From Candidatus Nealsonbacteria bacterium (GTDB taxonomy: Bacteria > Patescibacteriota > Minisyncoccia > Minisyncoccales > GWA2-38-27), in the NCBI GenBank assembly GCA_030616085.1, contig JAUWYA010000001.1:8692-72691 (forward strand): DNA of 64,000 bases, read 5' to 3'. How positions within the stretch are numbered: the stretch's first letter is position 1; each line of letters starts with the position of its first letter. Shown here piece after piece: positions 40,365-50,034 of this stretch. Both the position numbers and the translations under genes were made by a program. The notes beneath the pieces are model-generated. The model made no database searches. It was not told the origin of the DNA and was given only the letters and a program-made list of their open reading frames with translations.

Positions 40365-43300
40365 ATGAAAAAGAAAATAATTCTATGTATAACTGGATTA
40401 GCAATTGTTGCTATGATTGTTCCTTCTTCAGCTCAGGCTGTAACAGCTGCTGAACTGCAAGAGCAAATTAATGCCTTAATGGCTACATTAGCTGAATTGC
40501 AGTCACAATTAGCTGACCTTACAGGCGAGCCAGGAGGAGGCGTTGGAGTTTCCTGCACATTTACCAGAAGTCTTTATCCAGGAATGACTGGTACAGACGT
40601 TAAGTGTTTGCAGGAATATTTGAATGACGCTGGATATACTGTAGCTGCGAGCGGTTATGGTTCTGCTGGTAATGAGACCCAATATTATGGTTCTCTTACT
40701 AAGGCGGCTGTAGGCGCGTGGCAGGATGGTAATGGCGTTGCGTATGGAAACTATAAGGGTTATTTCGGCCCTATTTCTCAAGCTAAATACGATGCATTAG
40801 CAGCCGGAGGAGTAACTGCGGTTTGCGGTAATGGAGTTTGTGAAAGTGGTGAAACAGCCACTTCTTGTCCAGCAGATTGTGAAACTGTTACTCCAATAGC
40901 TTCTGGATTGAAAATTAGCTTAGCTTCTGATACTCCGGACTCAGCCAGTATTGCTGATGATGCTATTGCCAACTTTACCAAGTTTAAATTGACAGCTGGT
41001 TCTGAAGGAGATGTTAAAATCTCTAAGATTTATGTAACCAGAACAGGTTTGTCAGCTAATTCTGATGTGCTAAACATTAAAATTGTTGACGCTGCAACAG
41101 GAGAATATAAAGGAAGTATTGGTTCCTTGAACGTTGATAACCGAGCCATGATTTCCATTATTCCTAGTTTGGTAATTCCTGCTGGCACAACAAAGACATA
41201 CTTTATCAGAGCTGCTATTAAAAATGCTGCTACTGCTGGCAAGACAGTAAAGTTGGGTATAGCTGCAAACAGTGACATTGTTTCTGACGCTTCAGAGGTT
41301 ACTGGCGCTTCAGTAACTGGAAATGCCATGAATGTGGTTACTTTAGACATTGGAGGACTTACAGTTTCTGAAATCGGCAGCACTATTGATTCCCAGCCAT
41401 ATGTTGGGGACACAGATGTTATTGTTCTTAACTGGAAAGCACAAGCAGGCGCTACTGAACCAGTTACTATTGAAACAGTAACAGTGAAGAGAACTGGAAC
41501 TGCTGATGCTTCTGACACAGTTAACATTGAACTTTACAATGTTACTAACAGTGTAAGTTTGGGCACAGTGGCTGAATGGAGCGCTGACGACAAAGCTACC
41601 TGGTCTGATTTAGGCATTGTAATTGGAAAAGGTGAAACAAGAAGGTTTAAGATAATGATAGATGTAGTTGGCGGTGTAAGCTCAACACCTCAAACTGTTA
41701 ACGTTGACATGGTTGACGGCAGTGATTGTTTGGTAGTTGCAAAAGGCAATACTTATGGCTTTTATGTAGCTCCTACAAGCGCTATTACAGATTGGGGAGG
41801 TGGTGATGCTGCTTCACGAGGTAAAGCTGACAATGACCAGACCATTCAGGCAGGCGCTTTGAATGTTTCCAAGTCATCATCTACTCCAGCTACTGGTAGT
41901 ATTGCTGCAGGAGATGACATTGTATTGGGCGTATTTGATTTAGAAGCCAAAGGTGAAGATATTAGGATTACAGCTTTTGGTATTGACTTTACTCTTACTA
42001 GCGGCGGACCAATGACTTATGATGAAATAACTAATGTGGCGTTAGTTGACGAAGACGGCGACATAGTTGCAGGACCTAAAGATGCTTCACAAGGTATAGC
42101 TGACAGAGGAGGTGCTAGTGCCCATGGATATCTTGACTTTAGCGACACATTTATTGTGCCAGTTGGTATTCACTCATATACAGTAAAAGCAAAAATTGCT
42201 GATGCTGTTTCTGGTGATGATACTATAATCGCTACTGTTGACAGACCGGGAACAAGCATTACTGCTGTTGGAATGACTAGCAATGACGACATTACTCCTA
42301 CTCCAGCTGGTGATGTATCTGGTAATACTTTAACAGTAGCTGGCGCTGCCTTAAATGTTGTGACTTTGGCTGAGCCTTCTGGTAGAACCGTGGCTGTGGG
42401 AGCTAATGACTTTGTTTGGGCAACATTCAGCTTAGACGCTGGGACTTCTGGCGAGGATATTAATGTTACTGCTATAACTGTAACTGACACTACAAGTAGT
42501 GCTACAACAGCTGGCCACATTAATAATGCTGCGCTTTGGGCTGACTTAACCAGTGAAAACAGCGACCGGGGAGATGTGTATGAAACCAGAATTACTGATC
42601 TTGAGCAGCCTCCTTCAAGCACAACTATACAGGCATATGTCTTTAATCAGACAATTACTGTTCAAGCAGGTTACTTTATTAAGATTGCCTTAGTTGCTGA
42701 TTTGGATGCTGGAGCAACAGCAGTCACTCACGTCTTTACTATTGCTGATGATGTTACTCACATTACAAGCATTGGCGCTGACACAGGAAGTTCATTTGAT
42801 GAAGGCATTACTGCTGTTGGTCAAACAATGACTGTAAGTACTGTTGGCGGCGTTGTAACTGTTACACAAGACGCTTCCAAACCAGACCCCGACATTATAA
42901 TTGGCGGCGAAATAGCTACTTTGAATGTATTCAGATTAGCTGCTACCAATGTTGAGGACTTAGACCTTAATGATATGACCCTTTATGTTACTGGCGGCGA
43001 TGATGTTGACACTTTCTACTTTTATCACGGAGATACATTAATAGGTCAGAGACCAGGAGGCACTGGACCAAGATTTGATCTTGCTGACGGCACAGTAACT
43101 GTTCCGGCTAATGGCAATGTTAAGATTACGGTTAAGGCAAAGATGCTTCCTGTTGATGATACAGGAACTGCTGCTGGAGAGGTAGACAATAACACAGACG
43201 TAGGAGTTGCTATTAACGCTGCTGCTACTGTTAATCTTACTGGTTTGTCTTCAGGTGCTGCAGTAGCTTCAAGTGAACCTAGTGTAGCAGGCGTTGTCCA

Positions 43301-43838
43301 TCAGTTGTACGAATCCAGGCCTTACTTTGCGCTTAATTCAGGTTCACCTTCTGGAACTATTGTTGCTCCAAGCTCTGTTTTTCTGTTGGCTATATTTGAT
43401 GTAACAGCAGAAGACACAGAAGATATTACCTTTGAAGGCACTGGAGACCAATTAATTGTTCAGATTGAAGCCAGTGTATACGACAGCAACAACGTAGCTG
43501 GCATTTGGTATCTTAAAGATGAGTCCGGCACCTTGCTTGCGTCTGAATCAGTGGCAGATACTAGTTTGGTCAGCGCGAGCAGTGTTACTTTCACCTTTGA
43601 TGAGAGCACCTTTACTGTTCCTGCTGGTCTAACCGAGAAACTCTATGTTTACGGCGACCTTTCTGACTTTGAAGACGAAGGCACTAGCGGCAACAACTCT
43701 ATTCAGGTTTGGTTAGATGATGATTCTGTTGACAATTGTCAATTTGGAATTGATGGTGAGAGTTATGGATCAACAGGTTATGCAGAAGGTATAATAATCT
43801 TCCGCGGTGAAATCTGGGGTGGCACGTTCAACAATTAG
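40365..43838 (+). CDS. Giant secreted protein (1157 aa) with a peptidoglycan-binding-like domain, Cys motif and Ig-like/beta-sandwich repeats
   Basis: Signal peptide 'AIVAMIVPSSAQA'. 'LYPGMTGTDVKCLQEYLNDAGY' (PG_binding_1-like). 'CGNGVCESGETATSCPADC'. Long T/V/A/G-rich repeats. Confidence 0.6.
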   Translation: MKKKIILCITGLAIVAMIVPSSAQAVTAAELQEQINALMATLAELQSQLADLTGEPGGGVGVSCTFTRSLYPGMTGTDVKCLQEYLNDAGYTVAASGYGSAGNETQYYGSLTKAAVGAWQDGNGVAYGNYKGYFGPISQAKYDALAAGGVTAVCGNGVCESGETATSCPADCETVTPIASGLKISLASDTPDSASIADDAIANFTKFKLTAGSEGDVKISKIYVTRTGLSANSDVLNIKIVDAATGEYKGSIGSLNVDNRAMISIIPSLVIPAGTTKTYFIRAAIKNAATAGKTVKLGIAANSDIVSDASEVTGASVTGNAMNVVTLDIGGLTVSEIGSTIDSQPYVGDTDVIVLNWKAQAGATEPVTIETVTVKRTGTADASDTVNIELYNVTNSVSLGTVAEWSADDKATWSDLGIVIGKGETRRFKIMIDVVGGVSSTPQTVNVDMVDGSDCLVVAKGNTYGFYVAPTSAITDWGGGDAASRGKADNDQTIQAGALNVSKSSSTPATGSIAAGDDIVLGVFDLEAKGEDIRITAFGIDFTLTSGGPMTYDEITNVALVDEDGDIVAGPKDASQGIADRGGASAHGYLDFSDTFIVPVGIHSYTVKAKIADAVSGDDTIIATVDRPGTSITAVGMTSNDDITPTPAGDVSGNTLTVAGAALNVVTLAEPSGRTVAVGANDFVWATFSLDAGTSGEDINVTAITVTDTTSSATTAGHINNAALWADLTSENSDRGDVYETRITDLEQPPSSTTIQAYVFNQTITVQAGYFIKIALVADLDAGATAVTHVFTIADDVTHITSIGADTGSSFDEGITAVGQTMTVSTVGGVVTVTQDASKPDPDIIIGGEIATLNVFRLAATNVEDLDLNDMTLYVTGGDDVDTFYFYHGDTLIGQRPGGTGPRFDLADGTVTVPANGNVKITVKAKMLPVDDTGTAAGEVDNNTDVGVAINAAATVNLTGLSSGAAVASSEPSVAGVVHQLYESRPYFALNSGSPSGTIVAPSSVFLLAIFDVTAEDTEDITFEGTGDQLIVQIEASVYDSNNVAGIWYLKDESGTLLASESVADTSLVSASSVTFTFDESTFTVPAGLTEKLYVYGDLSDFEDEGTSGNNSIQVWLDDDSVDNCQFGIDGESYGSTGYAEGIIIFRGEIWGGTFNN

Positions 43839-43879
43839 AACTGTTTGTATTTGCTAATCGGTTATCCTTGTGTAACCAA

Positions 43880-43912
43880 ACAAAAAACCGCCAGTTGGCG
43901 GTTTTTTGTTTT
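43880..43912. terminator. Bidirectional Rho-independent terminator AAAAAACCGCCAGTTGGCGGTTTTTTG
   Basis: Perfect 7-bp GC stem flanked by A-run and T-run, between convergent genes. Confidence 0.7.
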
Positions 43913-43922
43913 AAGGTTTTTT

Positions 43923-46274
43923 TTAAGGCAAAGTTTTAAGAAAGTCCTCTATATTTTGACGTGATTCGGGTGATAATTCCAAAACAATCATTGCTTGTTC
44001 CCTGGCTTTGTCATATTCTCCCAATTCTCTATAAATGTATGCTAAAGAAGCATGATATTGGAAATTCTCTGGGTTTACATGTATTATTAATCTTTCATAA
44101 ACATCAGCTAATCTTTGATAACATTCTATCTTGTCTTTAATATCTTCAATTGTTTCAAGCGCTTTTATATAAGCTTGCTGCAATTGAACAAGAGATTTGC
44201 CTGAGTTAATATTGTATTTCATTTTAATTGATATAGCTATATTTTCATCAGCTTGTTCAAGTTCGCCTAAATAAATATGAGCCAGAGCTTTTTTCCACCA
44301 ACAATGGGTTAGTTTCGGATTTAAATTAATACATTGTTCTGCTTTGAGCTTAACTCCTTGATAGTTTCCAGAAAGAAAGTCATTTTCTATCCAGCCAAGA
44401 AAGACTTCTTCGCGTTTAGGGTTTAATTCATAAGCTTTTTGATAGCAAGCATCAGCTTCTTTTATTAATTCTTCAACATTTTCTATTTTGAAAGCTTCTT
44501 TGTTTTCAATCAAAACATTTAAATAGTTTCCAAGAGAAATCCAGGTTCTGGTATGATAGGGTCTCATTTCTTTTACTTCTCTTAAGATTTCAACTGCTTT
44601 TGGCGCTAAGACATATTTTCTCTCTATATTTTCTCTAAGGCAATTTCTAATAACATTAATATACTGTAATCTTACATAAGCATCTATATTGCTGCGCAGA
44701 GACAAAACATTATCTATTCTTTCTAAAGCTTTTTCGCATTGGTTATTTTCTGAATAATGATTAGCCCAATTTATTTCCTTATTAACGCTTAATGGTTTTA
44801 AACCAGCAAACCAAATAAACAAAATTAATACGCAAAACAAACCAAGCATAATCCCATATTTCCATAATCTAGAGCTATCCGAGACCCGGTCTTTGCAAGT
44901 TAACAGAGACCCGGTCTCTGTAAGCTCATTATTTTTTCTAATAAGAAACAAAGAATAAGCAATTATTAAAAACAAAATAAGGTAAGTAGAAAAACTATCA
45001 AAGCTGAAGAAATTAGCTGTTAAATAACCAACAAAAACAGCTTGAATCCCATGATAGATTAATTTATCATCAGGATTTTTCTTCTTAAGTTTTTGCAATT
45101 GCCAAAATAATGTAGCAAAAAGCGAAAGATAGATTATTAAAGCGGGAATACCTGCTGTAACTGCAGTTTCAAGCATAAAATTATGAGCCCTGTCCCACCA
45201 AGTCCCGCTTTCTCTATAAATATTAGGCAAAGAGGGGTCATAATATTTATCAAAAGCAATTGATATGTTTTCCGGGCCATAGCCAAGAATAGGCCTTTCT
45301 TTCAGCGATTCCAAAAGTATTCGCCAGCCAGAAAATCTTGGGTCTTCTAAAACTAAATTAATTGAAAGACGAGAGGAAACCTGTTCGACTATTTTATTTT
45401 CTTGCAAATAATCAGGAAGTTTAGGGTTAGTATTTAAATAGTAAACTCCATAAGCGCTTATGATTAATAGAATTCCGAGTAAAATTTTCACCAATAGAAA
45501 CAAGGTTTTTCTTTTTGCATGAACCAAATTTACAGAGTACAAGAAAAAAAAGTAAAAAGAGCCAACTAATAAACCAAAATAAGCTGCTCTGGTTCCAGTG
45601 ATGAGAATAACATAAAGAAACATTAAAAAAGCAGAAAAATAAAAAATTCTTTTTAAAAGATTTTTTTCTTTAATTGCAAAAACTAAGACCAAAAAAACAA
45701 GAAGGATCAAATAAACGGCCAAAAGAATAGGCGAGCCCATTGTTGCCGGAGGTCTTCCTGTGTGGGGGATAAGATATTCTTTGAAAACCTCAAAATATTG
45801 AAAGATGGCCATAATTGAGGCTAAGACGCCGATAATCAAAGTAAAATCCCAGATTTTCTGCCAATCTTTCTTTTTAATAATCAAAAAAGCTAAAATAGCA
45901 AAAATTATATAAAGAGAAAAGTTTAAAAACCCGCCTGCCCTATAAGGTGAGCCCCAGAAACTAAAATAAGGATTCAAAGAAAAAATGGTTGCTAAGAGGA
46001 AAATTCCCCAAAGAGCGAGCAAAAGCCACCAGGTCATTCGACCTGGTGCCCCGTCGGATGACGGGGCAAAAACTGAAGAAATTTTAAAGTTTATCTGAAT
46101 TTTCCCAGAAATAATCTTCCAAATAAGAAAGAAAAGCAAAATAGAAACTATAATTCTAAAAACAAGAGCTTTTCCCCATGGAGCTGGATGAAACCAAGGA
46201 GGAGCAGCAAGCAAGGGCAAAGCTAAAATCACGAAAAAGGCAATTAGAAAAAAATTATAATTTTTATTATTCAT
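43923..46274 (-). CDS. O-antigen ligase/polymerase (Wzy_C) family membrane protein with a C-terminal TPR domain
   Basis: Polytopic N-terminal domain ('WGIFLLATIFSLNPY...RAGGFLNFSLYII'), periplasmic-loop 'WWDRAHN', C-terminal TPR repeats. In-frame mini-palindromes at 44891-44935 and 46040-46057. Confidence 0.6.
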   Translation of the reverse strand: MNNKNYNFFLIAFFVILALPLLAAPPWFHPAPWGKALVFRIIVSILLFFLIWKIISGKIQINFKISSVFAPSSDGAPGRMTWWLLLALWGIFLLATIFSLNPYFSFWGSPYRAGGFLNFSLYIIFAILAFLIIKKKDWQKIWDFTLIIGVLASIMAIFQYFEVFKEYLIPHTGRPPATMGSPILLAVYLILLVFLVLVFAIKEKNLLKRIFYFSAFLMFLYVILITGTRAAYFGLLVGSFYFFFLYSVNLVHAKRKTLFLLVKILLGILLIISAYGVYYLNTNPKLPDYLQENKIVEQVSSRLSINLVLEDPRFSGWRILLESLKERPILGYGPENISIAFDKYYDPSLPNIYRESGTWWDRAHNFMLETAVTAGIPALIIYLSLFATLFWQLQKLKKKNPDDKLIYHGIQAVFVGYLTANFFSFDSFSTYLILFLIIAYSLFLIRKNNELTETGSLLTCKDRVSDSSRLWKYGIMLGLFCVLILFIWFAGLKPLSVNKEINWANHYSENNQCEKALERIDNVLSLRSNIDAYVRLQYINVIRNCLRENIERKYVLAPKAVEILREVKEMRPYHTRTWISLGNYLNVLIENKEAFKIENVEELIKEADACYQKAYELNPKREEVFLGWIENDFLSGNYQGVKLKAEQCINLNPKLTHCWWKKALAHIYLGELEQADENIAISIKMKYNINSGKSLVQLQQAYIKALETIEDIKDKIECYQRLADVYERLIIHVNPENFQYHASLAYIYRELGEYDKAREQAMIVLELSPESRQNIEDFLKTLP

Positions 46275-46294
46275 AGATCCTGTCGGGCTAAGGG

Positions 46295-49036
46295 CTAAGG
46301 AAGAGATTCTAAGAATTCATCTATTTTTTCTCGCCCATGTGTTTTTGGTATTGAATATTGCCAAGCAATGAGGGCTTTTTGTTTTGCTTGGTCATATTCT
46401 TTTATTTCGTAATGAAGATGCGCTAAATTAAAATATAAAGTTCTTAAAAAATTATTTGCTTTTTCTCGAGATTTGGTGTCCGGTGTTGAATATTGCCAAG
46501 CAATTAGACCTTGTTGTTCTGCTTGTTTGAAGTTTTGTGTTATATTATAAGCTTGAGCCAAATAAAAATGATATTGGAAATGGTCATTGTCTAAATCTAA
46601 TATTGATTTAAAGAACTCTTCCGCATCTCCTAATAAGTCCGGAAACAATCTTACTATGTTTAAGGCTCGGTCTCTAGCTTTATCATATTCTCCTATTTCT
46701 TTATAAATGTATGATAAAGAAGCATGATATTGGAAACTTTCTGGGTCTGCCCACGCTATTAATCTGTCATAAACATCAGCTAATCTTTTGTAGATTTCTA
46801 TAAAAAGTTCTTCGTTTTTATCTTCATTTTCAATTGATTCAAATAATTTCATATAAGCTCTTTGTAATTTAAAAAGATTTTTGTCTGAGTTAATATTGTG
46901 CCCCATTTTAATTGATATAGCCATATTTTCATCAGCTTGTTCAAGTTCATTCAAATAAATATGAGCCAGAGCTTTTTTCCACCAGCAGTGTGCTAATTTC
47001 GGATTTAAATTAATGCATTGTTCTGCTTTTTCTTTTGCTGTTTGGTATTTTCCAGAAATAAAGTCACTTTCTATCCAACCAAGAAAGACTTCTTCACGTT
47101 TAGGGCTTAATTCGTGAGCTCTTTGATAGCAAGCATCAGCTTCTTTTTCTAATTCTTCAACACTCTCTATTTTAAGGATGTCTTTGTTTCCAATCAAAAT
47201 ATTTAAATAGCTTCCAAGAGAAATCCATGTTCTGGTATAATTAGGCCTTAGGTCTTTTAATTCTCTTAAGATTTCAACTGCTTTTGGGGCTAAGACGTAT
47301 TTTCTTTCCATATTTTGTTCTAGGCAATCTTTAATAATATCAAGATATTGAAGCCGGACATAAGTGTCTACAATGCTATGCGAAGAAAGAATACTGTCTA
47401 TTTTTTCTACTGCTTTTTCACACTGTTTTCTTTCTGAATAATAAATAGCCCAATTTAATTCTTTATTAATCTCCAAGGGTTTTAAAGCTCCAAGCCAAAT
47501 AAACAAAACTAATACACAAAATAGTCCAAATATTAATCCAGATTTCCACAGAGGACTATCAGAGACTGGGTCTCTGTTGATTAACAGAGACCGGGTCTCT
47601 GTAAGCTCATTATTTTTTTGAATAAGAAATAAAGAATAGCCAACTAAAAGAAAGAAAATTAGATAAGTAGAAAAACTATCAAAACTGAAAAAATTAGCTG
47701 TTAAATAACCAATAAAAACAGCTTGAATTCCATGGCAGATTAAAGCATCATTAGGATTTTTTGTTTTTAGTTTTTGTAATTGCCAGAATAATGCGGCAAA
47801 AAGAGAAAGATAGATTATTAAAGCGGGAATGCCTGCTTCAATTGCAATATCAAGTATAAAATTATGGGCTCTATCCCACCAAATGCGGGATAATCCTGGA
47901 AGACGAGGGTCATAATGTTTATCAAAAGCTACTGAAAAATTTTCTGGACCCCAACCAAGAATAGGTCTTTCTTTTATTGCCTCAATACTAACTTTCCAGG
48001 CAGAGAAACGCGCTTCTTCAAAGATTAATTCAAACGAAAGCCGAGGGGCAATTGTTTTTAATGTTCTGTTATTTTCAACAAATTCAGGAAGCTGGTCTTG
48101 TGTATTCACAAAGTAAATACTGCCAACAATTAAAAATAAGGCAATGACAGTTATAATTTTTAGTAAAAGTATTTTTTTTGAGCGGTTTTTTACCCCGTTA
48201 GAGATTTGTTTATTTTGTGGTTCTTCTTTTTTTTGGTAACCTCTAACGGGGTACAAGAGAAAGAAATAAAGAAAACCAATTATTAAGCCGAGATAAACAG
48301 CTCTGGCTTTTATGATTAGAATAACAAAAATAAACAATGCGATTACTGAAAAATAAAAGAATTTTTTTAGATATTTTTTTTCTTTTACCCCGTTAGAGAT
48401 TTGTTTATCTTGTGCTTTCTCTTTATTCTCAGAATCTCTAACGGGGTTTAAACCAAAAGATAAAGCTAAAAATACTAAGAACAAAAGATACATAGCTAAG
48501 AATATTGAATTTCCAAAACTTGCTGCAGGTCTTCCTGTAGAGGAGATAAGATATTCTTTGAAAACCTCAAAATATTGAAAGATGGCCATAATTGAGGCTA
48601 AAGCACCGATAACTAAAGTAAAGCCCCAGATTTTTTGCCAATCTTTTTTTCTGATAATCAAAAAAGCCAAAATAGCAAAAATTATATAAAGAGAAAAGTT
48701 TAAAAACCCGCCTGCTCTATATGGAGATTCCCAAAAACTGTAATAAGGGTCTTTAGAAAAAATAGTTGCTAAGAGGAAAATTCCCCAGAGGGTTATCAAT
48801 AACCAGAAAGGCCAGAAAACCTTATTTTTTCTATCTAATAAATCCTTAAAATTTATCTTGATTTTTTTAGAAATAATCTTCCAAATAAGAAAGAAAAGCA
48901 AACTAGAAACTATAATTCTAAAAACAAGAGCTTTTCCCCAGGCAGCTGGATGAAACATAGGAGGAACAGCAAGCAAGGGCAAAGCTAAAATCACAAAAAA
49001 AGCAATTAGATAGATTTTATAGGACTTGTTATCCAT
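46295..49036 (-). CDS. Paralogous O-antigen ligase (Wzy_C)-TPR protein, with two in-frame IR-element insertions
   Basis: ~70% identity to 43923 in the membrane core. IR elements at 48192-48252 and 48388-48446 encode 'KQISNGVK...'. Longer TPR tail. Confidence 0.6.
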   Translation of the reverse strand: MDNKSYKIYLIAFFVILALPLLAVPPMFHPAAWGKALVFRIIVSSLLFFLIWKIISKKIKINFKDLLDRKNKVFWPFWLLITLWGIFLLATIFSKDPYYSFWESPYRAGGFLNFSLYIIFAILAFLIIRKKDWQKIWGFTLVIGALASIMAIFQYFEVFKEYLISSTGRPAASFGNSIFLAMYLLFLVFLALSFGLNPVRDSENKEKAQDKQISNGVKEKKYLKKFFYFSVIALFIFVILIIKARAVYLGLIIGFLYFFLLYPVRGYQKKEEPQNKQISNGVKNRSKKILLLKIITVIALFLIVGSIYFVNTQDQLPEFVENNRTLKTIAPRLSFELIFEEARFSAWKVSIEAIKERPILGWGPENFSVAFDKHYDPRLPGLSRIWWDRAHNFILDIAIEAGIPALIIYLSLFAALFWQLQKLKTKNPNDALICHGIQAVFIGYLTANFFSFDSFSTYLIFFLLVGYSLFLIQKNNELTETRSLLINRDPVSDSPLWKSGLIFGLFCVLVLFIWLGALKPLEINKELNWAIYYSERKQCEKAVEKIDSILSSHSIVDTYVRLQYLDIIKDCLEQNMERKYVLAPKAVEILRELKDLRPNYTRTWISLGSYLNILIGNKDILKIESVEELEKEADACYQRAHELSPKREEVFLGWIESDFISGKYQTAKEKAEQCINLNPKLAHCWWKKALAHIYLNELEQADENMAISIKMGHNINSDKNLFKLQRAYMKLFESIENEDKNEELFIEIYKRLADVYDRLIAWADPESFQYHASLSYIYKEIGEYDKARDRALNIVRLFPDLLGDAEEFFKSILDLDNDHFQYHFYLAQAYNITQNFKQAEQQGLIAWQYSTPDTKSREKANNFLRTLYFNLAHLHYEIKEYDQAKQKALIAWQYSIPKTHGREKIDEFLESLP
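48192..48252. repeat. CCCCGTTAGAGAT...CTCTAACGGGG inverted-repeat element inside the Wzy-TPR CDS
   Basis: TACCCCGTTAGAGATTTGTTTATTTTGTGG...GGTAACCTCTAACGGGGTAC. Confidence 0.8.
48388..48446. repeat. CCCCGTTAGAGAT...ATCTCTAACGGGG inverted-repeat element inside the Wzy-TPR CDS
   Basis: TACCCCGTTAGAGATTTGTTTATCTTG...AGAATCTCTAACGGGGTT. Confidence 0.8.
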
Positions 49037-49060
49037 ATTTTTTTATGATATATTAAATTT

Positions 49061-49825
49061 ATGAAATTGTCTAATTACAAAGCAGTTATTTTGGCTGGGG
49101 GAAAAGGGACACGTCTTTATCCAGTAACAAAAGAAATTCCCAAACCTTTGCTTCCAGTAAAAGGAAAACCGATTATTAATTATTTAGTTGATTTGTTTAG
49201 AGAGGAGGGAATGAAAGATATTGCTGTTTTAATCAATAAGGATTTTAGAGAAGATTTTGATTGGTGGAAGAAAAGGTATTACCCTTCGGATTCCTCAGGG
49301 CAAGTCCCTAATATTAAATTAGTAGAAGAAAAAGAACCATTAGGTACTTTTGGAGGTCTTTATCTTTTAAAAGATTGGCTCTTCCCTCCTTCATCGGGAC
49401 AAGCTGAAGCATTTTTTATGACTAACGGTGATGAGTTAAAAAGAATTGATTTAAAAAAAATGGCAGGATTTCACCAGAAATTAAAGACGCCAGCCACAAT
49501 AGCATTAGTAAAGGTTCCTGACCCTCAGCATTATGGAGTAGTGGTGTGTGAAAATGGCAAAGTAAAGAATTTCCTAGAAAAGCCAGACAATCCCGTATCA
49601 AACTATATTAATTCAGGTCTTTATTTATTAAAGCCAGAGATTTTGGAAGACCTGCCTCGCGGCAAGGCGGGCTATCCCGGACCTAAATTCTTAATGATAG
49701 AAAAAGATATTTTTCCAAAATTAGCTAAAGAAAATAAATTAGCAGGTTTTAAATTTCAAGGAAAATGGACAGATTGCGGCACCTGGGAACGATATGAAAA
49801 GGCGCTAAAGGGTTGGAACTCTTGA
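49061..49825 (+). CDS. Sugar-1-phosphate nucleotidyltransferase (NTP_transferase family)
   Basis: 'AVILAGGKGTRLYPVTKEIPKPLLPV' is the G-rich pyrophosphorylase motif. Has short GC-rich inserts. Confidence 0.7.
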   Translation: MKLSNYKAVILAGGKGTRLYPVTKEIPKPLLPVKGKPIINYLVDLFREEGMKDIAVLINKDFREDFDWWKKRYYPSDSSGQVPNIKLVEEKEPLGTFGGLYLLKDWLFPPSSGQAEAFFMTNGDELKRIDLKKMAGFHQKLKTPATIALVKVPDPQHYGVVVCENGKVKNFLEKPDNPVSNYINSGLYLLKPEILEDLPRGKAGYPGPKFLMIEKDIFPKLAKENKLAGFKFQGKWTDCGTWERYEKALKGWNS

Positions 49826-49850
49826 CAATGTATTCAAATAAAGATAATAT
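49822..49850 (+). promoter_or_regulatory. Promoter TTGACA-17-TAATAT upstream of the cobalamin riboswitch
   Basis: -35 at 49822-49827, -10 at 49845-49850. Confidence 0.55.
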
Positions 49851-49856
49851 ATATTA

Positions 49857-50030
49857 AAGCATTTTAAAAATGGATGGGAAAGTTCGGTGAAAATCCGAGA
49901 CTGTGCCGCAACTGTTAAAGTCAGAATACCATCCGCACAATATTAACTTCTTTTCTTCGAGCTAAAGAGAAAGATTAACCCGCCAAAATTTAGGCGGGAT
50001 AATCTCTTTCACTCGAAAAGAGATTTTTTA
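49857..50030 (+). ncRNA. Cobalamin (B12) riboswitch with a terminator-type expression platform
   Basis: GGATGGGAAAGTTCGGTGAAAATCCGAGACTGTGCCGCAACTGTTAAAGTCAGAATACCATCC matches the cobalamin aptamer core (GGGAA, GGTGAAAATCC, CCGCAACTGT, B12-box-like AGTCAGAATACCATCC). Downstream hairpin AATCTCTTTCACTCGAAAAGAGATTTTTT ends 5 nt before the ATG. Confidence 0.7.
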
Positions 50031-50034
50031 ATTC

